DNA of 64,000 nucleotides. Origin: Sminthopsis crassicaudata (Eukaryota). Positions 1-13,404 of the stretch are shown piece after piece (the stretch's first letter is position 1; the number at the start of each line of letters is the position of its first letter). A program made the position numbers and the translations under genes. The stretch covers positions 46,190,001 through 46,254,000 of the forward strand of contig NC_133622.1 of NCBI RefSeq assembly GCF_048593235.1, given 5' to 3'. The notes beneath the pieces were generated by a model. That model saw only the letters and a program-made list of their open reading frames with translations, did no database searches and had not been told where the DNA came from.

Positions 1-199
1 AAGCCAACATGTAAAGTAAAATCAGATATGACACAACATTTTCTCTGTATTTATTTGTATGATGACTGTGTGTAACTCAAATAAGTTTCTATTTCTTCTT
101 CCTTGACATATTTTAAAACTATATTCTAAAGATTTTTTTTACTTCATGGTTTCCTTGAATGAATTTCCATTTTCCTCCAGATTTTTAAACTTGAATGTT

Positions 200-530
200 T
201 CTCCCAGATTCTCTCCTTGCCCCTGTTGCTTCAATTTTACACTTTTCACTTGATGATTCCAACCCCTCTTGAGCCTCTAATTACCATCTGTTTCTGTTCA
301 TAGCATTACCATCTTCTTACTTGATTAAGCTTAAATCCCTCAGAGTAATCCTTGAGTCTTCCCTTCTTTCCTCTCTTTTATTTCCCATATGCAGTAATTT
401 GCCTTGATGACAATATCTTTCATATTACTCCATTCCTTTCCATTCCTGCCATGTATCCATCTAGTTTGGACCTTCATTCTTCCTCACCTGAGTTATTATA
501 TAATTGCCTCTTAACTTGTCTTCCTGCAGT
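200..530 (+). mobile_element. L2 LINE fragment (old)
   Basis: Pyrimidine-rich sequence resembling the L2 3' region (accatcttc...ccttgagtcttcc...ctcacctgag...tgcctcttaacttgtcttcctgc). Confidence 0.5.
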
Positions 531-745
531 ATAAAAAGCCCAAGGTCTCCCACTGCATGAAGGACCATCTCCAGTTATCCTGCTCTGTATCTTGCCATTG
601 GACCCAACTGGCTCCAGAGGAGAGAGTGAGCTTGGTGACTTTGACACAGCTCTGTCTCACTTAAAATCAATTCTTTTGCATGTCATGACATCACTCCCTG
701 ATGTCATGATTCCCTTTGAGAACAAAGGACAAACAGCAATGACAA
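531..745 (+). mobile_element. Marsupial RTE-derived SINE (WALLSI/RTESINE-type)
   Basis: Motif aggtctcccactgc...ttgccattggacccaactggctcc...gagaacaaaggacaaacagcaa; homologous copies at 8850, 11490 and 13405 in this window. Confidence 0.75.
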
Positions 746-2529
746 TCTAGACTATCCTAAGTAATATTATTACTCCCTGAGTAATATTTCTAAGTTATGG
801 CTTATATCATGGCATTGTGATATTATTTTTTAAAAACTTAATCTGAGTTGCCTAAATAAAACTATGAACTGCTGGTTTATTTTGGAATTGAGTTCTCTAA
901 TTCTTTTACAACCTTCCATTTTTATTTTATAATCTCCATTCCAAACAAACTAAATTACTTTTGACTCAAATTCTCACCTTAAATGTTCCTGTACTTCTGC
1001 CCATGATGTCCCAAATTCTTGGGTCTCTCTCACCACCAATAAATATTCATGCAAGGGGCTTCATATTTTTATGGTATTAGCAGTTTCTATGGCCTCCAAA
1101 TAAGTACTTTCAGATTCACCATTAAGGATGCTGCACTCTGACTGGAGATGACACACCTAACACATAATCTGTCCCTTAGTTATAAAAGGATGTGAAATCT
1201 AAAACAATGGACTTTGCTTACTTCCTCTCTACCATCCTAAAGAAGGAAGCAAAAAAAAAAAAAAGACAGGAAAATTCAAGAAAAAACAAAGAAGGGGAAA
1301 CAAAATCTATACTTTACTTCTATGAGAGGGTTTAAGTGGTATTTGAGTGTAATGAATTTTTAACATGAACCAAAAAGATGGATTTTCTTTCAATGAATAT
1401 AAAATATCACTTTCATTCAGAATAGGTAGAAAGTAATATGATCATAAAGTAAAAGGAATTCTTGCTTAAGAATTAGAAAAATAGTTAAGGAACATAATAG
1501 TGTTGAATAAAATATGGCAGAGGAAGTAACTTCCAACTCTCCAAGCCAAAGTACATTTTAAAAAGATTTAATTCAGTATATGAAAGTGAATAGCATTTAC
1601 TTATTTGGCTTAGTTCCATGACTTCATTTTTTAGTTTTGCCTTCATTATTTGGATGAATCCCCATATGACCTTTTAAGTTTTCATACACTTCTGTTAGAA
1701 GGAAAATAAAGACATGCTTATCATAAGTTTGCCTATAGAAATAACATAAAATGAAAAATTGCCTTCCAATTAATAGGATGCATTTGGAACTATACCTAAG
1801 AGCAGAAATAGGTATCTTCCTTTGCAACATTTCTTTACCTGGCCCTTTGAACTTAAAGTATATTTCATTAAAACAAACTGGAGGCTATTAATTTAGCTAA
1901 ATTCACATTTCCTTTTAGGACATGATCTTGATCTTCAAATTAGATAATAATATTCATTATAAAACTTACAGAAACAATATAAGAAGTTATATCAAACACT
2001 AGGCCTGGCTCTACATGACTACAAGTATAACTGGAGGCCCAGAATCTCAGGCTCTGCATTTAATTGCATCAAGATCAGTCTTGGAAACTTCTCACATTCT
2101 CAACTTTTTGACTTGAATTCTCTAAACTGAAGTTTTCAAGGCTTCATCTAAATTTAGTTCTTGTCTGGTCTACAAAAGAAAATATAAACAGGTCTTTGTT
2201 CCTATGTAAGCTCTTAAGCTATCAGTGTATTGAATATAGGATAGTCTTTATTGAACCCTGTAAAGGACCATAAGTAAGCGCAGAATCATCTCATTCTTCC
2301 CCAAGAATCTACCCTCAAGAATCTATATGTTTCTCTAGACTTATAGTATGCTATCTTGAAACTGAAGACCTTCTACTAGAGAAAAGTACTCATGGATAAC
2401 GGGGATGGAGCTATCCTCCCTCAATCCTACTATTTCATAATAGTAATGAAGGGCAAAATTCAGATTTATACAAAAGTCCTTTCTCCTTATTACTGCAGTG
2501 GATTGCTTATCAGTATGATCTAGAGAAAA

Positions 2530-2625
2530 TCATCTAACTTCTTCCAGCCTCAGTTTACTCAACTGTACAATGGGGATAATAATAGTATTTGTTCTTCAGA
2601 ATTGTTTTAAGGATCAAATGATATA
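2530..2625 (+). mobile_element. MIR SINE 3' part
   Basis: cctcagtttactcaactgtacaatggggataataatag MIR core. Confidence 0.7.
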
Positions 2626-2654
2626 TATAGTGTATATACAGCCAGAGAGACCTA

Positions 2655-2770
2655 TTTTATATATATTTATATATATATATATATATATAGATATATACAG
2701 ACATATATGAGTGTATAATACATATAATACATATCTAATATATGTAAATGTTTAATATATACACATTTTA
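2655..2770. repeat. (TA)n-rich microsatellite
   Basis: Direct reading. Confidence 0.85.
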
Positions 2771-3949
2771 TAAATGTGACTGATAATTATAATTAGATAT
2801 TTTTATTAATTATGAGTTGGACAAGATCAGAGCCAGCTCTTTCCACTCTCAACCCCTTTTTGCCTGAGAACTCTTTACATGTCCCTAGGTAATAGGTATA
2901 TAAAATAAGTATACAAATCAAACGTTTACTGATAATAAATAATTTTGCGATCTCCACATTCACTAACAAAACCCCATATGGGGTATTCAGTACTAGATGA
3001 CCAAACCACTATGGTTCCTTCCTGCACCGAAATTTTGTAATTATCTAATTCTGTAATGTAGTATAAAATATGCAAAGAATTAACCACTGTGCAGGATAGT
3101 GATTAATTATAAAAAAAAAAAAAAACTAGCTTTGTTAAATACCTTGTTGAAGAAACACAAAGGGTTTAAGGAAAGCTATATTAATTTCTTCCTGAATACT
3201 CCCTCTACAGAAGCAAAATTTTCCTGGTATATCTAAGTGAGGGCAATTGTATCTCTACAGCAGAGGTAGTCGAAATATCTAAACCAAACCAGAATAATGA
3301 ATTAACATGTTTGTTTTGTATTGTTTTCATTTATGTTGATAAGGGCACTCCACAAAAACCACATTTCTATGCTGCTTCTTCTTGTGGAAAAGCCTCAGGC
3401 CTTCAGAAGCTTTGCAGGTTTTCTCTACCTGGAAAAGCTTTGAATACAACTGTCCAAAGACTAGCCTAGCTAAGTACCCAGCTTGTTGGTAGAAAGTCAA
3501 ATGCTAGGTGATGATTTAAAAAAAATTACTATTGTTATCCATGAATCAGATTAAAATTCAAGACAATGTTATTTTTCTTTCTCTTAATGATAGTAGCAGA
3601 ATAAGCAGATAAGAAAACCAAGTGCTCTCAGCATCATTCAGTTCTTAGACTTCTTCCTAACACTAATTTAACCATTGTTACTCTCAAGGAGCAGTCTTTG
3701 TTCAGCAGCCACTGAGTTGATACGCTGCCAGAAATATGGAACCACATCCATGTTGACATTTCTCGATACAAATTAAACTAGGAAAAAAAAGTATAAAGAA
3801 ATTGCAGCTAAATGAAAAGATGATTCACTATCTCTTTGGAGATATTTAAAGGAACTGGTGGTATTGATTTTATTAAGTTAAATGATATAATACATGTTTA
3901 ATGATAAAATTCTACCTTGCTAATTAGCATGTATACAGTAATTCAAATT

Positions 3950-4185
3950 TTGCAAAGCACTTTACAAATATTACATTTTGTAAAACATTTTACAAATATT
4001 ATCTCATTTTGTCCTCAGAACAACTCTAGAAAGTAGGTGATATTATTATCTCCATTTTTTCATAGGAGAAAGTAAATCAGAGGTTAAATTAGGTGCCCAG
4101 AGGCACATAGCTAGTAAGTGATTGAGGAAGGATTTGAATTTAGGGCTTCCTGACTGCAGGTGAAGTACTTTATATATTGTATGAC
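3950..4185 (-). mobile_element. MIR SINE
   Basis: aaagcactttacaaatatt...ctccattt...gcccagaggcacatagctagtaagt...ggatttgaa, with a small internal duplication. Confidence 0.8.
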
Positions 4186-4944
4186 CTAGTTGCCATATCA
4201 CTTCATATTGTGTTAAATAATGGCTTAAATTTAGTTCTTATATGGACTACTTGGCAGCACAGAAAACTTCCAGCTGGTTTACAAAGTAAAACAAAGCATG
4301 TGATTGATAATAGAATGAGGTGTATGATGAATCATTTACAAATCTCTACTACTGGTGGGAAACATCCTCAAGTTACTGATCTACCTATTAAATCTCTTTG
4401 GCTTGTCTTTCCTGTTTATCAAAGCAAACTCTCAAATCCACAAATCTGACAAAGCAAACTCTTTGTTTAGAAATATTTCATAGTCCCGTAATGCTATTCA
4501 GGAGAAATTTCTTTGACATTTAAGGGCTATTCTCCCAGTCTTATTTCACTCTACTTCCTTATTTTCCATCCAAATTGGATTGCTTATCTCTTCCTTTTCT
4601 TTAATCCCTAAATGGGGTAAGTCATCCCTCAGACCTGAAATCCACTCCTTCCATATCTTCACTCTTGAAATTATTTTCTGTCTTCGATGTTCAGTTCATT
4701 TGACACCTCCTTCATAAAATGTTTTCTGATCTCTCAGCTGAAAATGGCCTTCCCTTCTAAGAAATTCACAGAGTTTATCTATCCCTCTATCCTTATCACA
4801 TTCAGTGTTATATCATGCTTATTTGCTTTATTTGTCTTTTTCCTACATCCAGTCTCTACATTATATTATGGTAAATCATTCAATAAACTAGCAACAGTTA
4901 TATACTAAATACTGCTGTTATACTACTATATACCGCTATTAAAA

Positions 4945-5090
4945 TGGAAAAAGATTGAGAGAGAAGGAGAGAAGGAGGGAGAGAGAAAAAGGAAGAAGGA
5001 TAGAAGGAAAGGAAGAAAGGATAGAAGGAAAGGAAAGAAGGAAGGAAGGAAAAAAGGAAGGAAGGAAGGAAAGAAAAGAGGGAAAAAAGC
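4945..5090. repeat. (GGAA)n purine-rich simple repeat
   Basis: Direct reading; explains the spurious R/K/E-rich and F/L/S-rich ORFs here. Confidence 0.9.
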
Positions 5091-7526
5091 AATACTCTCT
5101 CCAAAAGAAATCCCAAACTAAATTTAAACAAATAAAAGATGTCCTGCCCTTAAGAAGTTCATTCAGTGGATGATTTAATTTCTTTTCTCTGTCTTTAAGC
5201 TATTGCAGAGTATCTCACTTAAAATGGACATTTAATGAATGTTGCAAATGTTATAAAGTATATTCTAGCACTACAATTGCAATTAATATTTTCAAAATTG
5301 AGATCCTCCCTTTACCTCCCCATCTTTTGTTAAAGCTGGCATTGTAAAAGGAAACATTTATTATTTTTTAATTATTTTTTCATGCCTGACTTATTAAGGT
5401 CTTTAATTAAAATCTTGATTTTAGCTTAAAGTGAGACTGACTACACATATTTAATAAAAAGGGCACATGGTGAGTAGATTTGGAAATGCCTTTGGTGTAA
5501 AAACAAAAGGAATTTTTAAAATGAAAAATATTACACATTATTTAAAGTTTGGGAGTTTTTTGTAAGTGAGAAGTTAGATTAACAAGCATTTCTTAAGTAT
5601 TATTATTTCTTAATACATAAATTTTCTGATAACAAGGACAAATGCATTTTCCAAACCTAAATTTTTTTAACATATTTTTGTTGACTAATTATAGTTTGTA
5701 TATCATGTGCTAGGATTCAGAGAAGTTACAAAGAAATGTGAAAAGCTGAAATACTAAACACATCCATTAAGACTGTAAAACAATAAACATATGAAGCAAT
5801 GAAGAGTAAAGAAAGCAAAGGCAGTATTTATACTGCTAATATAAGGAATATAGCAACAAGACACTGAAGCACTTTGGGCTGTGTTTGGATGGATTGATGA
5901 TGCTTATTTAGTATGCAATGCAGGTTCCCTATGATGTGCTTACTACAGGGATCAGGTGTAATCAGATTCGTAAAATGATGGAACTTTGGAGTAAAGATTA
6001 GGCTTGTTGCACTTTTGCTACTTGCCCTTTGATATATTTGTTATATCACAATACTAGCTATTTTATGTAATTTTTTTCATTAAAATCCAACAACACATAA
6101 TTAATAGTAAAAATGCTCAAACTTTTCCAAGGGAAATCCAAAATAGGAATGTGTACTGAGAGCATTATTCTAATTTGAACAAAAAGATAAGTGGATTCTA
6201 GAATACTGTTAATAGTTTGGGAGCACATGTTATAAACACATTGTTATAAATAAAGACAGCAAAATAAACAAACAAAAAATTCAAGAAAAAAATGAACAGT
6301 GTTGGTACACATTTCCAAAAGACATGGCCTTCCTCCTAATAACAATGTAATTACAAAAATGGAATTCATAGTACTGTTGGTAGCAATCATGTTATTATAA
6401 AGCAATATTGTTTTTAAGACTTAAGACTGTATTTTATAGGGTAAGTTGGATGTTTGCTAAGGTTGTTTTGTTAGTTGAGACCAAATTATATCAGAAACAA
6501 ACAAAAAGTTTTATTTAGCGTTTATTTTATATAGCTATGCTTTAATTCAATTCAGCTCATTTTTATGAACAAGCTCCTATATGTAAAATGGTAAGGACAT
6601 GAACTAGGATGCTGGTCAGCTTCCTGGAGAGAAGGGAGTAGGTACTGTGGCTAAGGAAGTAGAATCATGAGTATTGAGTTGATGCTGAGAGTATTAGTGA
6701 GTGAATAGTAAGAGAATGCTCCTGAGAATGTGGAGCTGCTTGACAGGACATTTGGGGAGTCTGAAGGTGATCTCTAACTAAGAATGATGTGCCTTATTAA
6801 AATAAAATAACATCCAGGATGATATTTGCCATAAGGCATATACATTTCAACCTTTAAAAAGAGCTATGAAATGTAAATCTCTACCTTTTCCTATTTACTC
6901 TATTATCTCTCAGATATTGACTCATATTGGAATGGAAGGACATTGAAATTGCTTTAAAACCAAATATTCTTTTTTTCTCTTTTTTTAGATAAGCCCAGTT
7001 TAGGAGGAAAATTGGAAGAACTAGGAAAATCCACAGCCTTAGTAGATCAGTGATGAGTTTCCTGATGAGACAGTTACATGCATTTTTCATGAACAGTAGA
7101 ATCAGCAATGTAGAAAACATGTAGAAATTCCTAGTGCATAAGTGATCATTGCCCAAAGGTTTTTAGCTTATTGCTTTTAACCAATTGTTTAGGAATATAT
7201 TTTTATTTGGGGGATAGAGTCTGTATGATGACCTATTTTTATAGGTCTTCACGTTTAAAATGCTTATTTATCTTTTAATTTAAAAATAGTATAAAGAATT
7301 ATATGATCTTTAAAATCACTCTTTAAATCATTATATAATCTTTAATCAGTGTGTAATCAAAATCAGTATATAATCTTTTTTTAAAATTTATTTATTACCC
7401 TAAAAGAAAATAAGAAAAAACAGGAGAAAATAAATAAAGGGAAAACATTTTAAAAGAACATTGTCATGTATCCTCCCATCAGGGAGAATTAAAAAAATAT
7501 AACAATAAATTTCCTTTTCAAGAAAG

Positions 7527-7703
7527 CATATATATATTGTATTTAATTTATACTTTAATATATTTAACATATACTGGTCAACCTGCCATCTGCAGGGTGG
7601 GGAGGAGGGGAAAAATTGGAACAAAAGGTTTGGCAATCGTCAATGCTGTAAAATTACCCATGCATATATATGGTAAATAAAAACTATAATTTTAAAAAAA
7701 GAA
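7527..7703 (+). mobile_element. L1 3' UTR end (short truncated copy)
   Basis: ggtcaacctgccatct...ggaacaaaaggtttggcaatcgtcaatgctgtaaaattacccatgcatata...aataaaaactat; reverse complement of the copies at 31451 and 50350. Confidence 0.9.
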
Positions 7704-7704
7704 A

Positions 7705-7754
<50 letters not shown>

Positions 7755-7760
7755 TATAAT
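7705..7760. repeat. (TA)n microsatellite
   Basis: Direct reading. Confidence 0.95.
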
Positions 7761-8039
7761 AGAAGAAATTATATTAATGAATATCCATCTTTGCTTCCTT
7801 ATTCTTTTGCTCTTTGCTATGCACTGTTTTTTACTTTATTATAAACCTTAAAATCAAAGTCAATAAAATGCATACAAAATCAGCTTATATTTTAAGTAGG
7901 TATAAATATCCATCTTGAGCAATTATTTCTAGCATAGAAGGAATTAACCAAGGTACACACCTCCCAGTCCCCAAATAAGCTAGAGAGGAAAAGTGGGGAC
8001 AGGAGCTTGAGGAATGTGCATTCCCAGGCAGCTGCTAGG

Positions 8040-8290
8040 AAGGAAGAAAACAAATATTTATTAACTGTCTGCTCTGTGTCAGTCTCTATGCTAAGTGCAT
8101 TACAAATATCTTATTTAATCCTCTCCAAAACCCAGACTGATATGAACTCTCTATCCATTTTATAGTTGAGGGAATTGAGATAGAGGTTAAAGGACTTGTT
8201 CAGAGTGACACAGCTAATGTCTAAAGTCAGATTTGATATCAGAGCAATATAATTCTAGGACCAACACTCTCCACTGAATCATTTACCCCC
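8040..8290 (-). mobile_element. MIR SINE
   Basis: tatttattaactgtc...ttatttaatcctc...ccattttatagttgagggaattgag...agtgacacagcta. Confidence 0.75.
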
Positions 8291-8849
8291 TTCCCCCATG
8301 TCTGCCACTGCTGGGAAGTACTGGTGATAGACACTTTCTTCCCCTAACTCAAAAAAGACACTTAAGTTGGAATCAGTTCAATAGGCCCAAAAGATAATGT
8401 ATGGCATTATGCTTCAGTGTCTTGTTCCTTACTACTTAATCATTTATTTAAATTATATAATGGTATAGATACTGGCATAAGGCAATACAATTGGAAACCT
8501 AAAGGGGAGTTAGACTGGTTTGTCCTTCAAAGTCATAGATGCTAGAACCTAGTAGAATGCTCAAGAACAAGCTTTTTTTTTTTTTTAATTTTTCTTGTTC
8601 GTGGGGGAAAGGATGCTAATAAAAGTAGACTCTATTCCTGTATACAGATTACACAACAGATTAGGGAAGTGATGACTCTAGGTCATATTATTGGGTGTTT
8701 GGGGTAATTTTATCAGGAAAAAAGGTGATTTTTTTCTAGCCTCTTGTAATACCCTGCTTTGGCCAGAAACCCTGAGGGTCTTCCCGTCCCAGATTCATTC
8801 ATTCATTCATTTATTTTGATTTTTTGGAAGAAATGAAAAGGAGATTCTT

Positions 8850-9140
8850 TCCCTCAATTACTACCCAGCCTTCACTGAATATGTGTTGTCTCAGTCAAAC
8901 TGAAACCTGTTGAAGACTTTAGCTTAAAAAGCCACAGTCCCTTCCACTGCATCCAAGGCCATCTCCATCACCCTGATCTATATCTGGCCACTGGAGCCTG
9001 ATGACTCTGGAAGGGAAAGTGAGGCAGGTGACCTTGTCCTGCCCTCCCTCTCTTAATCCAAATCATTTGTATGTCATAGCATCCCTTTCCTGATGTCCTG
9101 GTCCTTTTAGAGAATGAAGGACAGACAACAACCACAACCT
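8850..9140 (+). mobile_element. Marsupial RTE-derived SINE (WALLSI/RTESINE-type)
   Basis: Same family as 531-745; ends gagaatgaaggacagacaacaacc. Confidence 0.75.
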
Positions 9141-9479
9141 GTAATAGATTAATGACCAAGACAAACTCTTAGATCTATTGGTCTCCTTTCTGTTCCAAGA
9201 ACTAGACTCTCCATCTTTTGCTCCTTAAATTCTCTTTGACTGTTCCTGTGCTTAGAATGTTCTCCCTCCTCTGTTCTTATTCCTGATCTCCTTAGCTTCT
9301 TCAAAGTCCCCAAATTAAAAAAAATAATTTTATTGAATGCCTTTCTCATATCCAATTAATTGTAGTCACCAGCCTTACTTTCTTTAATCTAATTCACTTG
9401 CAAGTCAAGACTTCTCTTTCTTGATGCTATTGGTACTTTTCAAGCACAAAGGACAAACAGCAATATGTAATTCTGTTGC

Positions 9480-9670
9480 CCTCCCAGTGTTAATTATTTC
9501 CTAATTGCCTTGTAATTACCTTGTTTTTGAATGTATTTGTTTGCATATTGTTTCCTCCTTTACATGGTAAGCTCCTTGAAAGAAAAGATAGTCTTTTGGT
9601 TCATTTTGTATCCTCAATGCTAAGCACAATGCCTAGCACACAGTAGGTACTTTAAAAAGTTTATTGATTG
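9480..9670 (+). mobile_element. L2 3' end
   Basis: taagctccttgaaag...tttgtatcctcaatgctaagcacaatgcctagcacacagtaggtact. Confidence 0.75.
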
Positions 9671-10663
9671 TTGTTTAGCCAGGATGGAAAGGGCTCCTTT
9701 TCCTGGGCCCTGGAGTCTGACCACCCTTTTTGTAATGTACAATTGTTTGGGTCATTTGAAACTCTCTTCAGCCTCTCTGAAAGTATTGTCTATTTTTGAA
9801 GGGAAAATGATACCCTATTCAAAGTCCTTTCCTTTTAAAAGATAATGACCTTTCAAGAGAAATCATGTTTATATTAGTGGAAACGTTTGAGAGATCATTT
9901 GGTGAATAATATTAAAAGGCTATCATGTTTGATTTGTAATATGGAAAGCAATAATATAACATCTTGTCTGCTTACTAAATAAATGAAATTCATGGTTGAG
10001 TTTAGGACCATGATCATAAAATAATTGAAATGACATTATTTTGCCATGCTAGCCAATAAAACTAACCACACTAGTTGAAATTATTGATTTAAATTCAGTT
10101 TAACATCATATTATAAAATATTTTGATGAAATCATGTCCATTTAGTTATATAATGTTCTTCTTTCAACAGTTCAGAGAACTTTCTGTTATTAATCTTAAC
10201 CATTTCATTCCTATGGGGAGAAGGCAAAAGAAATAGTATTTTTCTGTTTTAATCTGACGAACCTTCCATCTTGTCATAGTACTATCTTTTACTGAGCAAA
10301 TATTTGTGGGTTATGCTTCTTAGTTTGAGACCTTTGGCCACAAGGAAATAGTACTGTCCATGAAAGTTTATTAGCTAACTCCCCATTACACTGATTTATG
10401 CAGTAGTAAATGTGATTAAAGGGAAGGAATGGTATTCTAGTGGTCAGAGTAACAGACTGGGAATTGGAGTTGTATTTCAGGTCACCCACTTGAAATACAA
10501 AACTCTGCAATCTTTTCTCATAAAGGATGTGGTAATTATTAGGATGTTCATTTTAATAGAATTTAAATAAATGCATACTCAGGCAACACTTCTACCATGA
10601 AATTAGCCTAACTTGTCCTCAGAGACTGCTGGTCAACTATATATATATGTAATGTTAGACACA

Positions 10664-10911
10664 NNNNNNNNNNNNNNNNNNNNNNNNNNNNNNNNNNNNN
10701 NNNNNNNNNNNNNNNNNNNNNNNNNNNNNNNNNNNNNNNNNNNNNNNNNNNNNNNNNNNNNNNNNNNNNNNNNNNNNNNNNNNNNNNNNNNNNNNNNNNN
10801 NNNNNNNNNNNNNNNNNNNNNNNNNNNNNNNNNNNNNNNNNNNNNNNNNNNNNNNNNNNNNNNNNNNNNNNNNNNNNNNNNNNNNNNNNNNNNNNNNNNN
10901 NNNNNNNNNNN
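10664..10911. other. Assembly gap (248 N)
   Basis: Run of N. Confidence 1.
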
Positions 10912-10959
10912 AAGGAGGGACGAAGTGAGAGGGAAAGAGATAGAGGAAAAGAGACATAC

Positions 10960-11140
10960 ATGTGTATATGTATGTATTTACATATACAGGTATGTTTAGT
11001 TGTTTAGTGCATATAACTGTTTATACATATATGTGTATAATGTATATATATATATATATATATATATATGGTTATATAGTTTATATATGGACATGTGTGT
11101 CCATATATAGGTATAGCTGCATTGTGGATACATATATACA
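10960..11140. repeat. (TA)n/(TG)n compound low-complexity tract
   Basis: Direct reading. Confidence 0.85.
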
Positions 11141-11369
11141 TAGGAAAGCTACAAAACTAATATGTGGTGGTACTAAAATTTGAACCCATTCAGGCTCTCT
11201 GACTTTAAATCTGGTTCTTTCCACCTAACCACTTGAAGGAGCTAAACAAAGATATAACTAAATCAATAAGGTTTTTTTTTAACTGACTTAGGTCTTACCC
11301 TGTTCCCTCATTGTGAGTGGAAGACTCTCCACAGGCAAAGTAAATGTTCAGTCAGTTCCCACTGAGCTA

Positions 11370-11490
11370 GAAGCATCACTGTGTAAAGGAAAGAATGATG
11401 GACTTTTCAGTCATAAGGCTTGGTTTGAACTACAAAAATCTATTAACTAAATTAAATGCACTTTTGGTCTCAGTTTCCTCATCTACATTG
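11370..11490 (+). mobile_element. MIR SINE
   Basis: gtgtaaaggaaagaatg...ctcagtttcctcatcta. Confidence 0.6.
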
Positions 11491-11605
11491 GGTTTTAGTG
11501 AGGGGCCAGCCTCACTTTGTCCTCCAGAGCCATCTGGGTCTGGTAGCAAGTTTTAGATCAGAACCACTGGAGGTAGCCATGGATGCAATGGGAGATCTGG
11601 GCTGA
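11490..11605 (-). mobile_element. RTE-derived SINE fragment
   Basis: cagcctcactttgtcctccagagccatctgggtc...gatgcaatgggagatct, the reverse complement of the 531-745 family. Confidence 0.7.
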
Positions 11606-11829
11606 TGTCATGTTCCTATTTGAGAATGAAGGGCAGACAACAGCAACAACCTCCTCTGGAAAATGGAAGGGTCTTTTCCATTCTGTTTTACATTCAACTT
11701 TTTGGTCAGTCTAGTTCAGTTTACAGAAATCATCAATGGATATTTCAAATGAGAGAAATTCATGAATGCTACCAAGTAAGACACTGTGGTCTGTTTTAAT
11801 GATTGGGATACTGATGAAATAATGGCTCC

Positions 11830-12000
11830 TTGAAGAATTCACTCAGTAAACATTTTTAAGCATTAACTCTGTGCCAGGCACTGTGCTGAGCATTAGGGAT
11901 ACAAAGAAAGGCATAAGTCTGCCCATACCTTCAAGGAGGGTACATTTTTAATGGAGGAAGAAAGAAATAAGAAGAAGCTGAAAAGGGGGTGGGGTATGTA
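11830..12000 (-). mobile_element. L2 3' end
   Basis: aaacatttttaagcattaactctgtgccaggcactgtgctgagcattagggatacaaag. Confidence 0.8.
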
Positions 12001-12006
12001 TATATA

Positions 12007-12008
<2 letters not shown>

Positions 12009-12046
<38 letters not shown>

Positions 12047-12057
12047 TGTGTGTGTGT
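12009..12057. repeat. (TG)n microsatellite
   Basis: Direct reading. Confidence 0.95.
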
Positions 12058-12429
12058 AATGAAGTCTTGCTGCCTATGATGAGAAATGATCTAAGAAGGT
12101 AAAAGTCTCAGAGCTGATTTTATCTTGGAGAATGATGAGTTCTTAAAATAATGAAGTTCAGGAAAATAGCTGGGTGGGAAATGATGAGAATTCCCTGGGT
12201 GCCCTCCCTAAATTGAAGTATATCTACATGATATAAAATCATATTAATTTAATTCAGTTCAAAATAGAAACATTGATATTTGTTTAGGTTCTTCTTTATA
12301 TCCTTTATAGCCATTAGCAAATGACAGATAGGCTCACAAAATATAGTGAAGTGAAATTCATCTTTGAAATGGGAGACATACATAATGGCTCACCTGTCAA
12401 GACTATGGGAACAAATTTGCTCACTGTAC

Positions 12430-12850
12430 CACAAATCAGTCAACAAGCATTTATTAAGCACTTTCTTTGGGCCAAGCACTCGGCTAAATACAAGCAGAAT
12501 TCAAGCAAAATAAATGCAAGCAGGAACAAAGGCAGTGCTTTCCCACAAGGGGCTTACCTTTCAAGGAAAGAAGACAACAATTAAAATGGAAACTGAAAAG
12601 AAATTTTGGGGTGTTTTGTGCGGGGTATAATAAAGACCAGCATGCATTCTGGAGGTTAATAAAAACAAGACTAATTTGGACACCTTTCTCAGAAAAAGTC
12701 TGCAAGCCTGCAGGATGCTTCTGATGTGTGAATTTCATGCCTGGAGTGAGATTCAATGGAGAAGAAATTTCTGAGCCATGGTAAGAGAAAGATGGGAGTA
12801 CAGCCTGGAGAGGAATGAAGATAAATAAATGTGGTCCCTAGTGAGCAAGC
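12430..12850 (-). mobile_element. L2 fragment
   Basis: aatcagtcaacaagcatttattaagcac...gccaagcact...cccacaaggggcttac. Confidence 0.7.
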
Positions 12851-13404
12851 AATCTGACACACTGACAGAAGAGTTTGAGAGCTTTGTAGCAGCCTAAATG
12901 TTCATAAAAGAGTATAGTAGTTGTGATCCCAGTGAATTTTTCTTCCTACTTCTGAACGGATTAGATTCTGCTTAGAAGAGTAGAAATTGTTGGAAACAAA
13001 CAAATAAACAAAAAATCTTGTGAATAGAGTAGTATGAAGTCATGGCATGCAATCCAAAGGCATCAAAATTTTGGGGAGTGTGAAATACTCCTAAAATCCT
13101 ATCCAGATTAAAATGTAATTGGGAAGTATTTAAGGGAAGAAATAAAAATAATAATTAACATAGATGATGATAATGCAGGGTCTTCTTAGCCAATATGGAG
13201 CCTTCTCTGAATTATTTATATCTGAGTTTGACTGGAATATACTATATTCTATTCATCTTTGCTTTATCTTTCTTCTCTCTCAGAATCAGAATCTGCTGAT
13301 CTCATTTGTTTTTGAAACTTTTCCCACTCCACCTCCTCCATGGTTCTTTCTCAAATCCTGCTACATTCCTCTTTTTTCTCAGTATCAATTCTGTTGATCC
13401 TGCT

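Noticed and set aside
4898-5173. K/E/R-rich and F/L/S-rich ORFs
   Set aside because: Translations of the (GGAA)n simple repeat.
7968-7983. 14-mer cccaaataagctag shared with about 31001
   Set aside because: Several 14-mer matches are expected by chance in 64 kb and the flanks do not align.
10608-10999. ORFs of 100-128 aa spanning X runs (likewise at 23 kb, 24 kb, 46 kb, 53 kb and 63.5 kb)
   Set aside because: Artefacts of N gaps that hide stop codons.
12070-12200. Three ATGATGA (snoRNA C-box-like) motifs with a CTGA
   Set aside because: C-to-D spacing is about 36 nt, there is no terminal stem, and the context is L2-flanked; not a credible C/D snoRNA.
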